DNA of 64,000 nt from a virus. Positions 1-9,664 of this stretch are shown one piece after another. A program made the translations under genes and the position numbers. The stretch's first letter is position 1, and the number at the start of each line of letters is the position of its first letter. Where the stretch lies: IMG/VR virus record IMGVR_UViG_3300037755_001279, positions 32,001 to 96,000 of that record; one strand, written 5' to 3'. Under the pieces are notes generated by a model. That model did not search any database. It worked only from the letters and a program-made list of their open reading frames with translations, and was not told the DNA's origin.

Positions 1-11
1 CCAAGACGGGG

Positions 12-719
12 TTGCCGGTGTCGCTGGAGGCGTACACGCTGGCACGCTACGTCACCAGCGAGGTCGGCACGCGCGCCGTTGGTGAGCGCGTGGCGGTGGC
101 CCAGGCTGCCGTCAACCGGGTGCACTACGTTGACCGGACCGGAAGTGTCCTGAACTTGCTCCTGTACCGTCAGAAGGCCGGACACCCGAATCGGGGCTTC
201 TACGGTCCGATCCACGGCGACGGACTGAGCGCGCCGTACGGGCGCTGGGCGGCGACGTCACGTGACCCGGCGCTCAGCAACCTGATGATCGCCATCGACG
301 TCCTGAGCGGCAAGATCCCGCCGGGCTTTGCCAAGGGCGCCGATGATCAGTACGGCCCGGAGATTCTCGTTGCGCGGCAGGGCCTGGCCGTGACGCAGAA
401 CGGTGTGAAGACCCGCGGCGCCGACCGCAAATATTGGGTCGGTCCGTTGCCTGGTGTCGATCATCAGCGGACGTTCCTCTACACGTTTCGGCGAGACATC
501 GACCCCAAGAGCGACAACGGCAAGCTGCTCATCGCGCGCGGCGTCGCAGCGATGGCGCAGCCCCGGCCCAACTGGTCCGGGTTGCCGACCTGCCCTGAGG
601 GCTCGGCGATTCCGGCCATTCCGGGCGGCAGTACCACCGCTGCGGTGATCGGCGGCGCGGTGCTGGCGACGGCGGCCGTGGTCGGCGCGGCGGTATGGCG
701 CCGGCGTCAGGACGCGTGA
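12..719 (+). CDS. Cell-wall hydrolase (SleB/Hydrolase_2-like) with C-terminal transmembrane anchor; may be 5'-truncated by the window edge
   Basis: TLARYVTSEVG...ERVAVAQAAVNRV resembles the SleB LAxxIxxE...AVAxVxxNRV motif. The C-terminus is hydrophobic (AAVIGGAVLATAAVVGAAVW) followed by RRR. Confidence 0.6.
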   Translation: MPVSLEAYTLARYVTSEVGTRAVGERVAVAQAAVNRVHYVDRTGSVLNLLLYRQKAGHPNRGFYGPIHGDGLSAPYGRWAATSRDPALSNLMIAIDVLSGKIPPGFAKGADDQYGPEILVARQGLAVTQNGVKTRGADRKYWVGPLPGVDHQRTFLYTFRRDIDPKSDNGKLLIARGVAAMAQPRPNWSGLPTCPEGSAIPAIPGGSTTAAVIGGAVLATAAVVGAAVWRRRQDA

Positions 720-732
720 TAGGGTAGGCGGC

Positions 733-1104
733 ATGGCGCGTGAAAAAGAAACCTTCGTCGCGCGCGTGCACCATCAGCGGTATGGCGGCACGCACGGTTA
801 CGACTTCGAGTCGCCGCCGAAGACGTCCGTGCAGTCAGCGATGGCGACGGTCGATGCGCAGTGCAAGGCGGGCAAGTACATCACCGTCAAGAGCAACTAC
901 ACGTCCAACGGCGATCACTGGCCAGGTCACCGCGGCCGCATCATGGCGACCTGTGAGCGCAAGGCGTGGTTCGTCGAGACGTTTCCACCGGGTGATCACG
1001 GCGATCCGAGCGGACGCTTGAAGGGCGCACGCGGGCGCTGCCCTGCCAACATCGGCCGCAAGCGCGCACCGGCCAGGCTGCGTCGCAAGCGTGGTGCACG
1101 ATGA
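733..1104 (+). CDS. Hypothetical protein with LKG motif and basic C-terminal tail
   Basis: ATG lies 7 nt after TGaTAGGGT. Ends RLKGARGRC...RLRRKRGAR. Confidence 0.7.
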   Translation: MAREKETFVARVHHQRYGGTHGYDFESPPKTSVQSAMATVDAQCKAGKYITVKSNYTSNGDHWPGHRGRIMATCERKAWFVETFPPGDHGDPSGRLKGARGRCPANIGRKRAPARLRRKRGAR

Positions 1105-1418
1105 GTGCGCCGACGCAGCAGCAGGTGGCCGAGGCCGCGGCGCGGTACTGCGCTACAGAATTCACGACGTTCACGTCGTGGTTCAGTTATGAGGACGAGC
1201 TGGCTCGCGAGCTGATGAAAGACGACCAGTTTCGCTGCGCAGTTGACTACGCCACCAAGCAGGTCATGACGATGATCAGCTACAACAAGACGATGTCCGT
1301 GACCGCCGCGCAGCACGGCGGCGGCGCGCGTGGAATAGCTGTCGTTGTCGGCCACATCGTCGGTGAGTGGCTCGCCGGCAAGACGACGACGATCGATCAG
1401 GAGTTGATGACGTGGTGA
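1101..1418 (+). CDS. Hypothetical protein
   Basis: ATGA/GTGA coupling to both neighbours; coding-like composition. Confidence 0.7.
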   Translation: MSAPTQQQVAEAAARYCATEFTTFTSWFSYEDELARELMKDDQFRCAVDYATKQVMTMISYNKTMSVTAAQHGGGARGIAVVVGHIVGEWLAGKTTTIDQELMTW

Positions 1419-2476
1419 CGTTCACCGACCTGCTGAGCGCAGCCAAGCGCGCGTTCCGTGCGCGCGACTGCGGTGCCGCCCGAGACGCCACGCGGCGTCT
1501 TTTGATCACCGCGCGGACGCCCAAGGAACGCGAGACCGTCATGCGGCTGCAGAACGCCGTGCGGCGCTGCAAGGTCCGGCCGTTGGCCGGGCCAACGCGG
1601 TCGTCGAAGCGTCGCCGGCGCGCAACGCGCCGTGGCCTCGGTGCGATCACGGTGACGTCGGATGCCATTGCCGACCGCATGGAAGCGATCAAAGAGAACC
1701 CGGAGCCGACACGGTTGGCAGCGCAACGCATTCAGACGATCGCCAATGAGCTTGCAGCCGCCGGTGACAGCTTCGGCGGAAAGGTGTTCATCTCTGACAT
1801 CGCGCGGCGGCTCGACTCATCGGTGAAGCGCCTGGCGCCGATCCTGCTTGCAGCCAATCGGAAGGGCTGGCTGTCGATGGCGCGTGCCGACCTGCGGGGT
1901 GCCATGGACCCCGTCAAGGTCGACGCAAGCGAGATCCGTTACCTGAACAGCGAGGTGCATTTCGTGACCGTGCCGCCGGAGATGATCAAGGACGTTCCTG
2001 CGCCGCCCGACCCGCCGCCGCGTCGCGCGGCTGCACGGCCAGCTGCGCGGCGTGCTGAAGCCGCCATCGAGCCGGGCAGCCTGACGCGGGCGCAGCTGAA
2101 GACGTTGTTTCAGATTCGTCGCAGCGTCGGCGACCACGAAAGCGCTGCGATCGTCGAGGCGGCGCTGTCGCCGAACGAGGCGACCGACCAATACGGCGAT
2201 CCGTTGTTCGACGCGGCGGGCGTGAAGATTACGCGAACGCAGGCGGTCAAGCAGGCGCGGACGATCTGGGCTCGCAACGCACCGCGCGCGTTGGAGTGGT
2301 ACAACGTGGCGGTGTCGAGGGCTGTGGCCGCTGACGTGGTCCCCGCTGAGTGGACGGCGATTGCCGATGCGATTCACCGTGAAACGCCGGCGGTCGACGT
2401 TGCGGACATGGCGGCCCGCGAGCAAGACGCACGAGCGCGCGCGCGCGGGGCGCCAGGCGCTAGGCGACGAAGATGA
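1415..2476 (+). CDS. Modular protein (helical module, Arg-rich linker, wHTH-like module)
   Basis: GTG overlaps the upstream stop. Two modules align by eye with ORFs at 56219-56617 and 49818-51572. Confidence 0.75.
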   Translation: MTFTDLLSAAKRAFRARDCGAARDATRRLLITARTPKERETVMRLQNAVRRCKVRPLAGPTRSSKRRRRATRRGLGAITVTSDAIADRMEAIKENPEPTRLAAQRIQTIANELAAAGDSFGGKVFISDIARRLDSSVKRLAPILLAANRKGWLSMARADLRGAMDPVKVDASEIRYLNSEVHFVTVPPEMIKDVPAPPDPPPRRAAARPAARRAEAAIEPGSLTRAQLKTLFQIRRSVGDHESAAIVEAALSPNEATDQYGDPLFDAAGVKITRTQAVKQARTIWARNAPRALEWYNVAVSRAVAADVVPAEWTAIADAIHRETPAVDVADMAAREQDARARARGAPGARRRR

Positions 2477-3074
2477 CGCCGAGGTTGCCGTTGACGCCGA
2501 CCACCTTGCCGAGGGTGTGGCCGCGCGCCTTGATAACTGCGCGCTCCAATGTCCCGGCCATCACAAGGAGCCGCACGCGGGTGCCTGTCGGCGGCTCGAC
2601 ATCGATCTGCCACAGCGTCGGCTCGGACATGTCGACGTAAAGGCCGTCGTACTGGTTCTGGAGGGTGCCGAACTGCGTCTGCAGCCGGCTGAGGCTGCGT
2701 AGCGCGGCCGCGGTCTCGGCTTGGGCGGCGGTCACCGCCGCATCAGCCGCCTGCAGCGCATCAGCCGTAGCGGCAGCGGCGGCCGCGGCGTCAGCCTGGG
2801 CCATCGCGGCAATGTCGGCCGTGGCCGTTTCCTGTGCCGCGAGTCGCTGCTGCAGCTCGATGATGGACTGGAAGGCCGCGGCAACAGCCTCTTCAGCGGC
2901 CGCGAGTGCCACGAGGCTGGGGTCAAGCGGCTCGGGTTCGGATGCGGGCGCCGCGTCCGCCGCCGCCGCGGCATCGTTGCCCGCACCATCTTCGGGCGCA
3001 CCGGCCGGGTCCGTTGACGTGGTCTCGGGCGATTCGGTGGATTTGGCGTCGGTGAGATCCCAATGCTCGGACAT
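2460..3074 (-). CDS. Hypothetical acidic, Ala-rich coiled-coil protein
   Basis: 204 aa ORF with an Ala/Gln/Glu helical core and a small beta-rich C-terminus. Confidence 0.7.
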   Translation of the reverse strand: MSEHWDLTDAKSTESPETTSTDPAGAPEDGAGNDAAAAADAAPASEPEPLDPSLVALAAAEEAVAAAFQSIIELQQRLAAQETATADIAAMAQADAAAAAAATADALQAADAAVTAAQAETAAALRSLSRLQTQFGTLQNQYDGLYVDMSEPTLWQIDVEPPTGTRVRLLVMAGTLERAVIKARGHTLGKVVGVNGNLGVIFVA

Positions 3075-3147
3075 GGTCGTACGGTACGCTGAGCCGCTCA
3101 GCGCGTCTAGGTGGATCGCGCATACGATCCGGTGCTAGCATCCCTAC

Positions 3148-3711
3148 GTGGCGAATACCCTCAAGTCTCAGCTGACGTACACGTTGGCCGCCGGCGCGAG
3201 CCTTGCTCTTCCCCACAACCTCTCGCTGAACGGCACAGGAGCCGAACCGGACTTTATCTCGATCGAGAACCCGGACTTCGACTACGTATCGTCGACGACC
3301 ACGACCGTCACCATGATCAACAACGGGTTGGTCTTGGCGTCGTGTCGAATCCTGTGCGAGCTGTGGCATACCATCGAGCGCGTCTTCGGCGATGGCACGC
3401 CGGCGCTGCCCGCTGGGCCGTTCATCAGCCGCGGCGTCAACATGTCCGGCGGCGCCACGACGCCCGACCAGGTTTTCACCTATACCTGCACGGGGGCTGA
3501 GGGTTCGGACTTCTTCATTGTGCTGCCCGTCGCGCGCCCGGATGACGACTACGTCCCGCAGGTTTCGTGCGGCGGCGTCACCGGCATCTTGACGTTCGAC
3601 ATGCCCGACCTCGTCGCGCTCGATCGTACCACGACGCAATTTCGCGTCGTCTCCTCGGCCGTCGTTCAGCTGGCTGACCGGCTCGACGTGACCGTCCAGC
3701 AGCGGAGCTGA
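3148..3711 (+). CDS. Putative virion structural protein (beta-rich)
   Basis: Directly upstream of the fibre gene; Thr/Val/Gly-rich; GTG 6 nt after TGcTAGCAT. Confidence 0.6.
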   Translation: MANTLKSQLTYTLAAGASLALPHNLSLNGTGAEPDFISIENPDFDYVSSTTTTVTMINNGLVLASCRILCELWHTIERVFGDGTPALPAGPFISRGVNMSGGATTPDQVFTYTCTGAEGSDFFIVLPVARPDDDYVPQVSCGGVTGILTFDMPDLVALDRTTTQFRVVSSAVVQLADRLDVTVQQRS

Positions 3712-3716
3712 TTTCC

Positions 3717-5726
3717 ATGTCCAAGCCATTGACCACTGACGCGCTCGGCGCCGGATTTTCAGCTGACCCGTCGGCCGTTGGGTACGCCGCGCCGACGGGA
3801 TCGATCATCCCGCGGTTGGGAACGACCGAGATCTGGCAAAAGTTCGGCGCTGCTGCTACGGACTGGCAGCTGACCGGCGGCACGTCGCTCGACGGATTTA
3901 CCACGGTAGATAACACGGGCCTGGGCAACGCCGCCGGTGACTCAATCACGACCGGCGACCGGAACACGGTTATTGGCGTCAACGCCGGCACGGTGATCAC
4001 CACCGAGAACGACAACACTGCCGTAGGCAACAATGCGTTAGCAGCGAACGCTGCCGCTGGCAATACCGCGGTAGGTTCGGGCGCTGCGGATCTCAACACG
4101 AGCGCGACCGGTATCGTCGCTGTGGGCTTCAACGCGCTCGGTGCCAACCTGACCGGCGCGAACAACACTGCCATCGGTGTGAGTGCGCTACTGCTCGCGA
4201 CGGGCGCCGGTCACACGGCGGTCGGTGCCGGCGCGCTTGATGCGGTGACGACGAACACCAACTGCACGGCCGTTGGTCTCAATGCCCTCGGGCTCAATAC
4301 GGCCGCCAACAATACTGCTGTCGGAGCCGGCGCTGCGGACGCTGTTACCTCAGGCACAGGGCACACCGCCGTCGGAAGCGACGCCCTGGGTGCCATGTCG
4401 ACGGGCCTGGATGGCACCGCGGTCGGCTTCAACGCGCTCTTGCTGGCCACGGGCAACGGCAACACGGCGGTGGGCGCGCGTGCCGGCGACGCGATCTCGA
4501 CTGGCACGGCGCACACCGCGGTCGGCACCGATGCCCTGAGCGCGGTCACCACTAACAGCAACAGCACGGCGGTTGGAAACGGCGCGCTCCGGTTAGCGAC
4601 CGGCTCGCAAAATACGGCCGTCGGCGCGGCGGCCGGCGACGCAATCACAACGGGTGCGAGCAACGTCGCCGTGGGGTACAACGCCCTGGGCACGCTTAGC
4701 ACGAACGACGGCTGCACGGCGGTCGGCGAAAACGCGCTTGCTTCATGCACCGCCGCTGGCAACACGGCCGTCGGTCAGAGTGCTGGTGACTTGATCTCGA
4801 CCGGACAGCGGCACGTCGTCATGGGGCAGGACGCGCTCGGTTCCATGTCGACGAACAATGACTGCACGGCGATCGGATGGCAGTGTCTGCAGTCGGCTAG
4901 CGGTGGCAGCAACACGGCCGTTGGTGCAGCCGCACTACGAACGCTAACGTCGGGCACCGACTGTACAGCGATGGGACACAACGCGCTGGCGGTCAACACG
5001 GGCACCGGAAACACGGCCATCGGTTCAGCGTGCGCGGACGCAGTCACGACTGGCACCGGACATACGGCGATGGGGCACAATGCCCTCGGCACGATCAGTA
5101 GTGGCAGCAACTGTACGGCGATCGGGACCAGCGCGTTGCTCACCGCTACGGGCGGCGGCAACACGGCGGTCGGTAACACCGCCCTGGATGCCATCACCAC
5201 CGGCACGAACAACACCGGCATCGGCTTCGGTGTTGACGTCTCGGCGAACAACCGAACGGGCAGCATTGCCATCGGCATCAACACCGCCGGCACAGCAGCG
5301 AGCGCGACGGTCAACGACGGGCTCTTCTTTCATACGTCACTTGACGATCTTGCGCTTGCCGCGGCTGTCACCTACGACGCGGCGACGGGCCAGATGGGGC
5401 CTGTGACGTCGTCGGCGCGATGGAAAACCAACATCACCGATCTCGAACGCGGCGTCAGCGAAAAACTATGGCAGCTGCGCCCCGTGTCATACGACAAGGT
5501 GGTCGTGGAAGGAAAGCAGTCGGTGCCGCGGCAGTTCGGCCTCATCGCTGAAGAGGTGGCCGAAATCCTTCCTGAGATCGTCCCGCGGGATGGCCTTGGG
5601 CTGCCGTACTCGGTCGACTATAGCCGGCTGGTCGTCTTGGTGCTCACCGAGATGCGCCAGCTGCGTAATCGGGTCGCTGAGCTTGAAGCTCGGCTGGGTC
5701 TTGAGATCGGGCACGCGATCCGCTAA
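3717..5726 (+). CDS. Fibre/spike protein with ~14-aa (N/H/C)TAVG repeats and C-terminal intramolecular chaperone (Peptidase S74 type)
   Basis: Many NTAVGxxAL repeats, then SSARWKTNITDL...LRPVSY...FGLIAEEV...YSVDYSRL...RVAELEARL, typical of S74 autocleaving chaperones. Confidence 0.9.
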   Translation: MSKPLTTDALGAGFSADPSAVGYAAPTGSIIPRLGTTEIWQKFGAAATDWQLTGGTSLDGFTTVDNTGLGNAAGDSITTGDRNTVIGVNAGTVITTENDNTAVGNNALAANAAAGNTAVGSGAADLNTSATGIVAVGFNALGANLTGANNTAIGVSALLLATGAGHTAVGAGALDAVTTNTNCTAVGLNALGLNTAANNTAVGAGAADAVTSGTGHTAVGSDALGAMSTGLDGTAVGFNALLLATGNGNTAVGARAGDAISTGTAHTAVGTDALSAVTTNSNSTAVGNGALRLATGSQNTAVGAAAGDAITTGASNVAVGYNALGTLSTNDGCTAVGENALASCTAAGNTAVGQSAGDLISTGQRHVVMGQDALGSMSTNNDCTAIGWQCLQSASGGSNTAVGAAALRTLTSGTDCTAMGHNALAVNTGTGNTAIGSACADAVTTGTGHTAMGHNALGTISSGSNCTAIGTSALLTATGGGNTAVGNTALDAITTGTNNTGIGFGVDVSANNRTGSIAIGINTAGTAASATVNDGLFFHTSLDDLALAAAVTYDAATGQMGPVTSSARWKTNITDLERGVSEKLWQLRPVSYDKVVVEGKQSVPRQFGLIAEEVAEILPEIVPRDGLGLPYSVDYSRLVVLVLTEMRQLRNRVAELEARLGLEIGHAIR

Positions 5727-5784
5727 GCTCCGGGGGAGCCTTGGGCCTTGACCTGGGGCCCAACCCTCACACGGAGCACGACCC

Positions 5785-6255
5785 ATGGCCCTGACCGCCA
5801 CCCTTGTCAACGTGACCGCCAACGAGCTGGTCTACCTGATCGTCAACGCTGCCACCCTCGGCACCACGGCAACCATCCCGGCCACGGGCGGTGCCACGCC
5901 GGATCTCGCGACCGACTGCGTCACCAACACCTGGGGCCGGGCCGCGTGCTCGAAGCTCCGCAAGGTTTGCCGCGCCGGCCTCGATGGGCTCGGTGCGCAG
6001 GCTGCCGGCGGCTGGATCCAGGCCGAGGCCCGCGACCTGCTCCTGGGCAACGGTGCCACGCAGGCAGGCTCGCCGCTCATGCCGCGCGCTGAGATCGACC
6101 TGCAGCCACTGTCTGGCGTCGCTGGTGGTGCGCTGGCCGAGGCTGACGTCGATGTCGACGCCGGCGGCATCCCGGAGATCAACCTCACCGCCGTTGCGGT
6201 GGCGGGCGAGTGCATCATGCGTATCCGCCTGCGCTCGACGCCCGGCGTGAAGTGA
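5785..6255 (+). CDS. Putative virion structural protein
   Basis: GGAG RBS; follows the fibre gene; small-residue, beta-like composition. Confidence 0.6.
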   Translation: MALTATLVNVTANELVYLIVNAATLGTTATIPATGGATPDLATDCVTNTWGRAACSKLRKVCRAGLDGLGAQAAGGWIQAEARDLLLGNGATQAGSPLMPRAEIDLQPLSGVAGGALAEADVDVDAGGIPEINLTAVAVAGECIMRIRLRSTPGVK

Positions 6256-6268
6256 TGCGCCTGCTGGC

Positions 6269-6664
6269 CTAGCGCCGGCGTTTGGTCTTCGAAGCCGCCC
6301 GCTCGGGCGGCTTTTTGTGTTTGACCGGGACCTCGCTGAAGTGCCTGTGGAACGACGTGTGGTCGTACACGCCGCGGTGCACCCCTTCGGGGATGATCCA
6401 GTAGCCCGATTTCAGGCCGTACCCGCGCGATTGCACGTCGTCCCACCAATAGAATGAAAAGCCGTCGCGGTGTAGATTCATCACCTCTTGGTCGGCCTGC
6501 GCCCGTCGCATTCGATGCAATGTCGATTCGTTCAGGTAGTTGCACTCCGGCGGAGATGCCCACGTTTCATGAACGCGTGCGGGCCATGGTTTGACGTCGA
6601 CGATGAACTGCACCGCCTTGATGCGTGTCGTGACGTAGACGACGCGGCTCATTTCGGCAGCCAC
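6269..6664 (-). CDS. Hypothetical protein
   Basis: ORF coupled downstream of the glycosyltransferase. Confidence 0.6.
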   Translation of the reverse strand: MAAEMSRVVYVTTRIKAVQFIVDVKPWPARVHETWASPPECNYLNESTLHRMRRAQADQEVMNLHRDGFSFYWWDDVQSRGYGLKSGYWIIPEGVHRGVYDHTSFHRHFSEVPVKHKKPPERAASKTKRRR

Positions 6665-7464
6665 GCCGGCACCGCGGCTTCGTACGCGCGCAACGTCGGC
6701 TCACCGATGATCTTGGCGGCGGCGGCGCGCCCGCCGACTAGCTTGAATTCGACCGGGCCATCGAACACCGTACCGTCGGCGTCGTCGACTTTGAACGGCC
6801 GCGCCATCGTCGCGTTTGTGCCGTGGATCATGGCGACGTATCCGAAGTCGACGGTGTGTACCGTCGCGCCGTCGATGACATGGCGGACGATCCAGTCGCC
6901 GACGTTGCCCGGATCCGGCTTGCCGTCGTACCGCGGTATCAGGCGGAATGGTTGCTGTTCCCACAACGCGCGCCGGAACGCCGACGCGCCGTCCACCACG
7001 TGCGCCGGCGTGGTGAACTTGACCAGGCGGCGCTTGTCACCGATCAGCTCATGGTAGTGGATCATCGGCGGCCCGATGATGTCGAAGGCGTCGAGGTCGT
7101 TGATCGCCGTGGCTGTGACGGCAATGCGATCCGGCGCCGACCAGTCGTCGTCGTCCCACAGCATCACCCACGGCGCCTTGGCTTTGTCGATCGCCGCGTT
7201 CTGTTTGGCGGTGATGCTGTCCCACGGACCGTAGATGACCTCGCGCGGCACGCCGCTGTCCACGATGAGCTTGGCCTCGTCGAGGGTCAGGCTGCCGCCA
7301 TCGTCCATCGCGATGATCAGTTCGATGGGCGGTCGGTCCTGCTGCTTGAACAGGCACTCCAGCGCCAACTTTCGCAGGGCGGCGCGTGACGGCATGGTCA
7401 GCATCACGACTGAAATCAATGGCTTGCGCACGGCATCGTGCGCCGGCAGTGAAGCATTGGTCAT
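6649..7464 (-). CDS. Glycosyltransferase family 2 (GT-A fold)
   Basis: PLISVVMLT...IIAMDDG...KQNAAIDKAKAPWVMLWDDDDWSAPDRI motifs. Confidence 0.85.
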   Translation of the reverse strand: MTNASLPAHDAVRKPLISVVMLTMPSRAALRKLALECLFKQQDRPPIELIIAMDDGGSLTLDEAKLIVDSGVPREVIYGPWDSITAKQNAAIDKAKAPWVMLWDDDDWSAPDRIAVTATAINDLDAFDIIGPPMIHYHELIGDKRRLVKFTTPAHVVDGASAFRRALWEQQPFRLIPRYDGKPDPGNVGDWIVRHVIDGATVHTVDFGYVAMIHGTNATMARPFKVDDADGTVFDGPVEFKLVGGRAAAAKIIGEPTLRAYEAAVPAWLPK

Positions 7465-7470
7465 GTCGTT

Positions 7471-7514
7471 TCCGTAACATGCCCCTCCGACGTGTCGGAG
7501 GGTCGTGCTAGCTT
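7471..7514. promoter_or_regulatory. Divergent GTCGG-N10-TAnnn(T) promoter pair
   Basis: + strand: GTCGG 7494, TAGCTT 7509. - strand: GTCGG 7491-7487, TACGGA 7476-7471, 6 nt before the GT2 ATG. Confidence 0.7.
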
Positions 7515-7525
7515 CGCGTCTGCGA

Positions 7526-7984
7526 ATGCCCGAACCTGTAAAATGTGACGGCTGCGGCGCTGTCGGTGTGCGCGGGCTGCGGTACCCCTGCCCCACAGAT
7601 TGGTTCTATGCGCACGTCGTCGTGGAGGATCTCGACGTTGGTGCGAACGGTGGCCCGTCCACGGTCGTCATCTATGCGTGCGCCGAGGCGTGCCAGAAGC
7701 TGATCTGGCAGCGGGGGCCTGGTCCACAGATCCCCGGCGCCGACAAGTACATCGAGCGGCTGCGCGGCACGTATGCCGAGCCGTTGCCGGCGGCGCCGTC
7801 GCCGTTGACGGCCGCGCCAGCTGGGAAACTCACGCTGGCGTTCCACGGCCAACCCGTCATGAACGCCGCAGGCGACGTCATCGGTTACCTGAAGCCGCCA
7901 CCGCCAGCGCCGTGTTTGGTGCAGGAAGGCAACTGCAAGGCCTGGAACTGCCCGACGCACGGCAATCTGTCCGGTGACGGCTGA
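7526..7984 (+). CDS. Hypothetical Cys-rich (zinc-binding) protein
   Basis: CDGC, CAEAC and C-x5-C-x4-CPTH motifs. Confidence 0.65.
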   Translation: MPEPVKCDGCGAVGVRGLRYPCPTDWFYAHVVVEDLDVGANGGPSTVVIYACAEACQKLIWQRGPGPQIPGADKYIERLRGTYAEPLPAAPSPLTAAPAGKLTLAFHGQPVMNAAGDVIGYLKPPPPAPCLVQEGNCKAWNCPTHGNLSGDG

Positions 7985-8274
7985 TGTCGGGCGTCAAGAT
8001 CCCGCGGATCAATGATCGTGTGTTCGTCTTCAATGTCAACAAGTCGAATGCCGCAGCGCCGTACGCAGCGATCGTCACGGGTTCATGCACCGAGTGGACG
8101 GTGATGGCCATGCCGCTGGCCATCTTCATGCCCGATAGCTACGCGGCCATCGGCTATGTGCAAGACTCGGCGCTCGACAAGATCAATTTCGGAACGTTGC
8201 CGCACCGAACGCTGCGCGATCCCGCCAACCACGGCCCGCTGGTGTGGGACTGGCAGCCGACGGCGTCGGAATGA
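7984..8274 (+). CDS. Hypothetical protein
   Basis: Translationally coupled ORF. Confidence 0.65.
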   Translation: MSGVKIPRINDRVFVFNVNKSNAAAPYAAIVTGSCTEWTVMAMPLAIFMPDSYAAIGYVQDSALDKINFGTLPHRTLRDPANHGPLVWDWQPTASE

Positions 8275-8768
8275 CGCAGCCGCCGCAAGACGTGATCGAC
8301 GTCGCCGTCATCATGGCGCGGCAGTCGCCGTGCGCCAAGAGCAAACGCGGCGTGGCGTTGTACATCGACGATGTCATCTTCGCAGGTGGTTTCAACGGGC
8401 CGCCAGGCGACGAACGCTGCCTGATGGACGCGTGGTGCCGCGCGGTGTGCGCCGATCGCTGTTCGCACGCTGAGGCACGTGCGATCCGCAATTCCGGGCT
8501 GCACACGTTCGTTCGCGCAACCGCTGTACACGTCAAGCTCGATGGTGACGACAAGCTCGTAGCTGGTGGTCCGCCGTCGTGCCGGCCGTGCGCACGTGAC
8601 GTGTTGGACATCCAGCTTGCCGGGTTCTGGTTGTACGAAGCGGACAAGCGCAAGACGATTGCCGATCCGACGGCACGCACGTGGCGCCTTTACACGGCAC
8701 GGGAATTCTACGATGCGACGATGAAGAACGCGCCGCTGCCGAAATCGTACGAGAGGGAATGGCCGTGA
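8271..8768 (+). CDS. dCMP/cytidine deaminase family protein
   Basis: ARQSPCAKSKRGV, GFNGPP, HAE and SCRPC zinc-deaminase motifs. Confidence 0.85.
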   Translation: MTQPPQDVIDVAVIMARQSPCAKSKRGVALYIDDVIFAGGFNGPPGDERCLMDAWCRAVCADRCSHAEARAIRNSGLHTFVRATAVHVKLDGDDKLVAGGPPSCRPCARDVLDIQLAGFWLYEADKRKTIADPTARTWRLYTAREFYDATMKNAPLPKSYEREWP

Positions 8769-9346
8769 TCGAAGCAACCGAAGCGATCAAACCGGCGTGC
8801 CTCAATTGCAAGACGCCGATCGAAGGCGGCGTGGTGTGCCGTGACCACCTGGCGTGGTTCGTCGAGCGGGCGAGCTTCAGCGTGCGCATGGACCCACAGG
8901 ACCCGAACGTGGTCCTCACGGAGTACCGGCGCGTGAACGCGCCGTTGCGCGGGTACCACGTCACCGGCGACGCGGCGCTGGTGGCGCTCACCCATTTCTG
9001 CATCCACTACCTGCACGGCATCGGCGTCTTGCCCGACGATTTTGCGTTTGGGCTCGTCGAGAGCCTTGGACCGCAACCGGAGACCGACGCGTTGCCGTGG
9101 GCTGCATCCGTCGATCTGCCGACGACCGACCCGTCGGTGTCGCCGACTTGTGAGCATGACAAGTATCCCGGCAAGTACCTCGTTGACGGGTCTGCCGCGG
9201 CCGCACCGGACGACAAGCTGCCACCCAAGCCAAAGCGCGGTCGCCCCAAAGATTCGCCCGTGCGTCTCGTGTCATCATCCATGGGCGACACCGTTGCGGT
9301 GATGCCCGACGATGATGACGACGACCAGACCAAGGAACCGCCGTGA
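8759..9346 (+). CDS. Hypothetical protein with CxxC and AT-hook-like KRGRP
   Basis: CLNC...CRDH; KPKRGRPK near the C-terminus. Confidence 0.6.
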   Translation: MAVIEATEAIKPACLNCKTPIEGGVVCRDHLAWFVERASFSVRMDPQDPNVVLTEYRRVNAPLRGYHVTGDAALVALTHFCIHYLHGIGVLPDDFAFGLVESLGPQPETDALPWAASVDLPTTDPSVSPTCEHDKYPGKYLVDGSAAAAPDDKLPPKPKRGRPKDSPVRLVSSSMGDTVAVMPDDDDDDQTKEPP

Positions 9347-9657
9347 CCAAACCAAAAAAGGAGACCCTCAAGCGCGCCCGGATCACCGGCAAGCAGATCG
9401 CAGGCCTACGCGCGCGGATGTACCTCAACGTGCAGGAATTTGCGGGCGCGCTCGGTGTGCACGCCAGCAGCGTTTACCGCTGGGAAGCGACGGCGCGGCC
9501 TGCGTTGCGGCCATCGATGCAAGCGATCATTGAGCGGCTGCTGAAGCTCGACGACGATCACCTGAAGCTCGCCGGTGAGGCGATCAAGCTCGCGCTCGCG
9601 GCCGAGCAAACGGATCAGCTGCAGGTGATGCAGCGGACGCTGGCTGCGGTGGCGTGA
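9343..9657 (+). CDS. XRE-family HTH transcriptional regulator
   Basis: IAGLRARMYLNVQEFAGALGVHASSVYRWE. Confidence 0.85.
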   Translation: MTKPKKETLKRARITGKQIAGLRARMYLNVQEFAGALGVHASSVYRWEATARPALRPSMQAIIERLLKLDDDHLKLAGEAIKLALAAEQTDQLQVMQRTLAAVA

Positions 9658-9664
9658 TTTACAC

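Noticed and set aside
3900-5290. Repeated AACAC(G/T)GC..T.GG DNA motifs as an array or DGR
   Set aside because: Explained by the protein-level TAVG repeats of the fibre; no reverse transcriptase or TR/VR pair seen.
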